Assembly (NCBI RefSeq): GCF_035084215.1
Contig: NW_027139559.1
Coordinates: 6,510,001 to 6,574,000 of the forward strand
Reading direction: 5' to 3'
Length of the DNA: 64,000 bases
Origin: Heptranchias perlo
Taxonomy: Eukaryota
The position numbers and the translations under genes were made by a program. Positions 62,631-64,000 of the stretch are shown one piece after another; position 1 is the stretch's first letter; the number at the start of each line of letters is the position of its first letter. The notes under the pieces were generated by a model. The model saw only the letters and a list, made by a program, of their open reading frames with translations, was not told where the DNA came from and made no database searches.

Positions 62631-63015
62631 AGAGATTTAATTGAGGTGTATAAAGTTATAAGGGACATAGATAGTTTGGAGAGGGAGGACCTATCTCCCT
62701 GAGCAGAGATATCAAAAAAAATGGGCAAAGTTTTAAAGTAATTGGTAGAAGGATGAGAGGGGAGTTGAGGAGAATTTTTTTGACCAAGATGGTGGTTGGG
62801 GTACGGAACTCACTGCCTGAAAGGGTGGAAGAGGCAGAATAACTTATCATATTTAAAAATCACTTGTATATGCCCTGGAAGTCTCATAATCTGCAATGCT
62901 ACGGATCAAGTGCTGGACGGTGGGATTCGGCTGGATCGCTCTTTTTCGGCCGGCACAGACAGGATGGGCAGAATGGTCTCATTCTGTGCCCTAAATTTCT
63001 CTGATTATATGATTC
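62630..63015 (+). mobile_element. CR1 3' end fragment
   Basis: DLIEVYKVIRDID-like start and a CR1 3' UTR similar to 52740-53080. Confidence 0.8.
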
Positions 63016-63032
63016 TGATGCCCTTCTTACAG

Positions 63033-63660
63033 ATGAGTCCCAGGAAGGCAAGATGCCACCTGTTCAGCTCTCTTTCTGTTCGACTCATTCTGGATTGGAA
63101 AGGAGTACATCATTCCCAATGGATCGTTCGGAAGGATGTAGATTTCACCTCAGGACAACTCAATGGTTTCCTGGCGATTCCTGACTCCCGGTGCGACACA
63201 GAGCCTCCATTTTTGAACATGCTGGTGACCACGAGACATGAGCAGCTGGAGGAACGGGCTGACATCCGGGAGACCTGGGGCAAAGAGAGACTGATTGGGG
63301 AGAGACGGATTTGTACATATTTCCTCCTGGGTTACGATGGTGCTCACCAGTCAGATATCGAGAGAGAAAATCATCTCCACAAGGACATAATTCAGAGCAA
63401 TTTCACCGACACCTATTACGACCTGACGATCAAAGTGTTAATGAGCATGGAATGGGTTCATCGTTTCTGCTCTTCAGCGGTTTCCGTCATGAAGACAGAC
63501 TCAGACATGTTTGTGAAAAACAATTACCTGACCAAGCTCCTGTCGGTGAAGAATCCACACAATTTTTTCAGTGGAGTTGTGTTTAATAATTGGGGCCCAA
63601 TAAGGAATAAAAGTAGCAAATTTTACGTTAGTGAGGAGGAATATCCAAAGCACAAGTTCG
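63033..63660 (+). pseudogene. Beta-1,3-galactosyltransferase (GT31, B3GALT5/2-like), C-terminally truncated; probable pseudogene
   Basis: PPFL..LV, R..IRETWG, FLLG, DIIQSNFTDTYYDLTIK, MKTDSDMFV and SKFYVS..EYP are present. Similarity stops after YPKHKF with no CSGxGY or EDV motif, and there is no clear N-terminal TM anchor. Confidence 0.8.
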
Positions 63661-63879
63661 CCTGTGCCATCAATAAAGCCGATCAGCACCCCCGGCATCT
63701 GAATCGCATTCTCCCAGAACGTTTGTCTCTCACTGGATTGGCCTTCCTCCATCTCTGCCTTTCTCTGTTTCTCTCTCCATGTTTACCTGTGCTCCTCTGG
63801 ACCAATCACATTCCCTCAGTGTTTCTCTGCTCCAACATCCTTTCACAATATTTCATGTGACTATCTGCTCTTCTCACTA

Positions 63880-64000
63880 CTCACAGACACCCTGTGGAAT
63901 ATAATGTGGTAAAATGTGAAGTCATCCACTTTGGAAGGAAAAATAAAACAGCAAAATATTATTTAGTTTGAGAAATACTACAAAATGCTGCTGTACAAAG
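63880..64000 (+). mobile_element. CR1 RT fragment running off the window
   Basis: YNVVKCEVIHFGRKN-like segment. Confidence 0.75.

Overview
Repeat-dense vertebrate genomic DNA, most likely a cartilaginous fish. This is inferred from the CR1/L2 LINEs, Penelope-like elements, a Deu-domain SINE and the receptor family present. The window holds a cluster of two-exon orphan class A GPCR genes of the GPR139/GPR142-like group. Two are complete on + (24649-24742 joined to 33046-33944; 43336-43402 joined to 53724-54634) and exon 1 of a third lies on - (5569-5749). The ORF track misses both + strand first exons. The two complete paralogs keep near-identical cytoplasmic halves but have strongly diverged extracellular halves. 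Between the divergent GPCRs lies a decayed tRNA-gene cluster (Leu, Val, Gly and Pro remnants). It includes a ~2.2 kb inverted duplication, one arm of which carries a Penelope-type hairpin insertion with hammerhead-ribozyme-like motifs while the other arm keeps the empty site. The intron of the minus-strand GPCR is filled with satellites that appear to derive from its own exon 1/splice-donor junction. The rest is decayed LINE fragments, a truncated Penelope RT/GIY-YIG element, many minisatellites and a truncated beta-1,3-galactosyltransferase (GT31) pseudogene. All calls are by eye, and repeat boundaries are approximate.
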